A DNA stretch of 64,000 nucleotides from an uncultured delta proteobacterium. GTDB lineage: Bacteria; Desulfobacterota; Binatia; UBA9968. The notes below the pieces were generated by a model. The model was not told where the DNA came from. It saw only the letters and a list, made by a program, of their open reading frames with translations, and made no database searches. The DNA is taken from assembly GCA_963840855.1 (NCBI GenBank), contig CAWJBB010000010.1, positions 32,348 through 96,347 on the forward strand. The letters run 5' to 3'. This document shows positions 61,884 through 64,000 of the stretch, piece after piece (within the stretch, counting starts at the first letter, position 1; each line of letters begins with the position of its first letter). Both the position numbers and the translations under genes were made by a program.

Positions 61884-62804
61884 CTAGTTTTTCTCAGTGA
61901 CTTCGACCTTGTGGTACTTGAGGTGGCGATTGTACCAATCTATCACGTTGGCGGCGACGTCGTCGAAATAGTCGTTGTAGATGCCGTAGTGCGTGGTCTT
62001 TTTATACAAGACCAGTTTCTTCGGCTCGCCGGCTTTTTCGTATAAATCGAAGGACTGCTGTTCGGGCGTGACCGCGTCGCCTTCGACGGCGATGAACAAC
62101 GCGCCGCGCGGCGAGATCTTATGGACCACGTCTATCGGACTGTATTCCAGAATCGCTTCGGCGCAGGCGAGCGGCATGGCGTCGGGAATTTTATCAGCAA
62201 CGTCTTTCTTAATCGTGGTTGTCTGGCGCTCCGGGGTTTGCACCATGATGCCGCCTTCACGGGCGCTAACCATGGCGCCGGATCCGGTGGTCACTCGTTT
62301 CTTGCGATCTTCGTCGATGCTTTTGAGGTAATCGACCCATTCGTATTCGCGCCGCATCGAGTGGAGCCAATCGCGGCCGCTGCTGACGCCGAGATAGCTG
62401 ACGCAGCATTTGACCCGCGGATCGATGGCGGCGACGTAGACGGCATTGCCGCCGCCGGTGCCGCCGGAGCCGAAGGTCGCGATGCGGTCGGCATCGACTT
62501 CCGGGCGGGTCTGCATGAAAGTGATGGCGTTGCGGATGTCTTCCGCCTGCCACTTCGGCATTACCCAGCCGCGCTCGATGCCTTCGCTGTCGCCCCAGCC
62601 GCGATAATCAAAACAGAGGCAGGCGTAGCCCGCCGCGCAAAGCTTCTCGAACATCATGATGTAGTGCTTGGCGTCTTTGAGACCGAGAAAGCCGGGGCCC
62701 TGGACGATTCCTGGGAATGGTTTGCCCTGCTCCGAGTCCGGCAAATAGAGCGCGCCGGAAAGCTTACTGCCTTCGCTGTAAAAATTAACTTTTTCCGTAC
62801 GCAT
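61884..62804 (-). CDS. Alpha/beta hydrolase
   Basis: LYLP, FDYRGWGDSEG, GSGGTGGG (variant nucleophile elbow), D..TP, THY. Confidence 0.85.
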   Translation of the reverse strand: MRTEKVNFYSEGSKLSGALYLPDSEQGKPFPGIVQGPGFLGLKDAKHYIMMFEKLCAAGYACLCFDYRGWGDSEGIERGWVMPKWQAEDIRNAITFMQTRPEVDADRIATFGSGGTGGGNAVYVAAIDPRVKCCVSYLGVSSGRDWLHSMRREYEWVDYLKSIDEDRKKRVTTGSGAMVSAREGGIMVQTPERQTTTIKKDVADKIPDAMPLACAEAILEYSPIDVVHKISPRGALFIAVEGDAVTPEQQSFDLYEKAGEPKKLVLYKKTTHYGIYNDYFDDVAANVIDWYNRHLKYHKVEVTEKN

Positions 62805-62822
62805 TTAAGACTCCCAAGAATT

Positions 62823-62882
62823 CATCGTGTTCGTGATCGTGGAACGTGTTCGTTACGAGCACGAGCACGAGCACGAATCACG
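62823..62882. repeat. CGTGTT/CACGAG hexamer inverted array
   Basis: cgtgttcgtgatcgtg ... acgagcacgagcacgagcacgaatcacg. Confidence 0.65.
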
Positions 62883-63877
62883 CCCTGACCGCCGGTAGAA
62901 CTTCTTGGCCCAACAAGTCGATCTGTTGGTACCAATCGGCGTAGCGGAAGCGCAGGTCGAAAACGATGTGATTTAGACCCGCATCTTCGTATCGTTTAGT
63001 ATCGCGCGCGATCTCCGCCGGAGTTCCGGCCATGAGCAGCCCTTCGATATCTTCGACTCTGGAGAAGGTGCCGGATGCCGGTTTGACCCAAGTTTTCTTG
63101 CTCGGGGCGTTGCCTTCGTTGATCAAACCTTTGACGTTAACCTTGCTGAGCGCGACGTCTCTATTCTTATCGATACTGGTGATGGGGATCGCGCCGGTGG
63201 TGACCATGGGTCGTCCCGCCAGCTTGCACTGCTCTTCGAGGTACTTGACCATTTTGTTAAAAGTAGCCGTGGGGATACGTCCAGGCATCCAGCCGTCGCA
63301 GTAATCCGCCGCGCGGCGGACGGACGCCGGCGTGCCGCCGCCGTACCAGATCGGAATGTTTTTCTTCGGCGTCGGCCTGAGCTCGACGTCTTTGAAGTCG
63401 TAATAGTCGTCTTTGTAGGTGATCTTTTCACCGGCCCAGAATCGCCGGCAGAGCTGGGCGTTGACTTTGGCTATGTTGGCGCGATCTTGCAAGAGTAACC
63501 TTCTTATAACCCGCTGCCTCGAATTCGTGGGGAAAGGTGCCAAGGCCCAGACCCATGATGATATCGGTATTGCAAAGCGCGCTGAGGCCCGCCATGGCTT
63601 GCGCCAAATGAATGGGATGCCGGTGCGAGATCATCGTGCCGGTGCCGAGGATCAGTTTCTTGCAGACCGTCGCAACGGCTGCGAGGATCAGCAAACCCTC
63701 GATGTGGCTATTATCCTCGCCTTCCATACCGTGGGGTTCGAAAACCAAGTGGTCTCTGACCCAAACCGAGTCAAACCCATAGGCCTCGGCCTTTTTCGAT
63801 CCTTCGATGCAGCTTTCGGCCGAAGCATATTCGCAAAAGTGCGGCAAAAGTAACCCGAATTTCAACTTTGTCGCCAT
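62878..63877 (-). CDS. LLM-class flavin/F420-dependent oxidoreductase; frameshift(s) near 63480
   Basis: AEAYGFDSVWVRDH in ORF 63428-63877; IPIWYGG..AADYCDGWMP in ORF 62878-63543. Confidence 0.87.
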
Positions 63878-64000
63878 TCTTCTTCTCCTTAGCGATTTAT
63901 TCCGTTCTGAGTTTTAAAAAAATTTCTTATCAGTAATCCCTTCCCTTGTCCACGACGGGTTGACGACCGTCGGCGCGCGGTTTTCCTGGTTCGTGTCCAT

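Noticed and set aside
1-64000. Genome-wide UGA reassignment (code 4 or 25)
   Set aside because: TGA ends many genes at their expected C-termini (nuoA EWD*, rtcB VVKG*, nuoK, MPG), and Trp is encoded by TGG.
1-64000. tRNA (including tRNA-Sec), rRNA or riboswitch
   Set aside because: No cloverleaf, T-loop context or recognisable aptamer found by eye; the GTTC hits belong to the repeat arrays. A covariance-model scan is needed to exclude them.

Overview
GC-rich bacterial chromosomal window. The gene content (many NitT/TauT and TTT binding proteins, LLM/F420-type oxidoreductases, short-period intergenic repeat hairpins) resembles Deltaproteobacteria-like lineages such as Ca. Binatia; this is inference only. 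At least 11 otherwise intact genes carry single-base frameshifts, which points to an unpolished long-read assembly. Main blocks: ArnT-type glycosyltransferase, DedA/VTT and UPF0182 genes; a five-enzyme biosynthetic-looking operon (B12 radical SAM, SDR, FAD oxidase, PqqC/CADD-like diiron protein, O-methyltransferase); vapBC; Fe-type ABC components; a DHH phosphoesterase-archease-rtcB RNA repair operon; two TcuA-like flavoproteins with etfAB and two TTT binding proteins; a nuo operon lacking nuoB and nuoI; a decayed DUF1016/type I R-M islet; a xanthine dehydrogenase-family trio with two LLM genes. The standout is rtcB. It has an in-frame TGA exactly at the metal-binding Cys codon (YDIN*GVRL), followed by a perfect 8-bp hairpin with a GUU loop starting 22 nt after the TGA, which fits the bacterial SECIS model. 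This makes it a candidate selenocysteine-containing RNA ligase.
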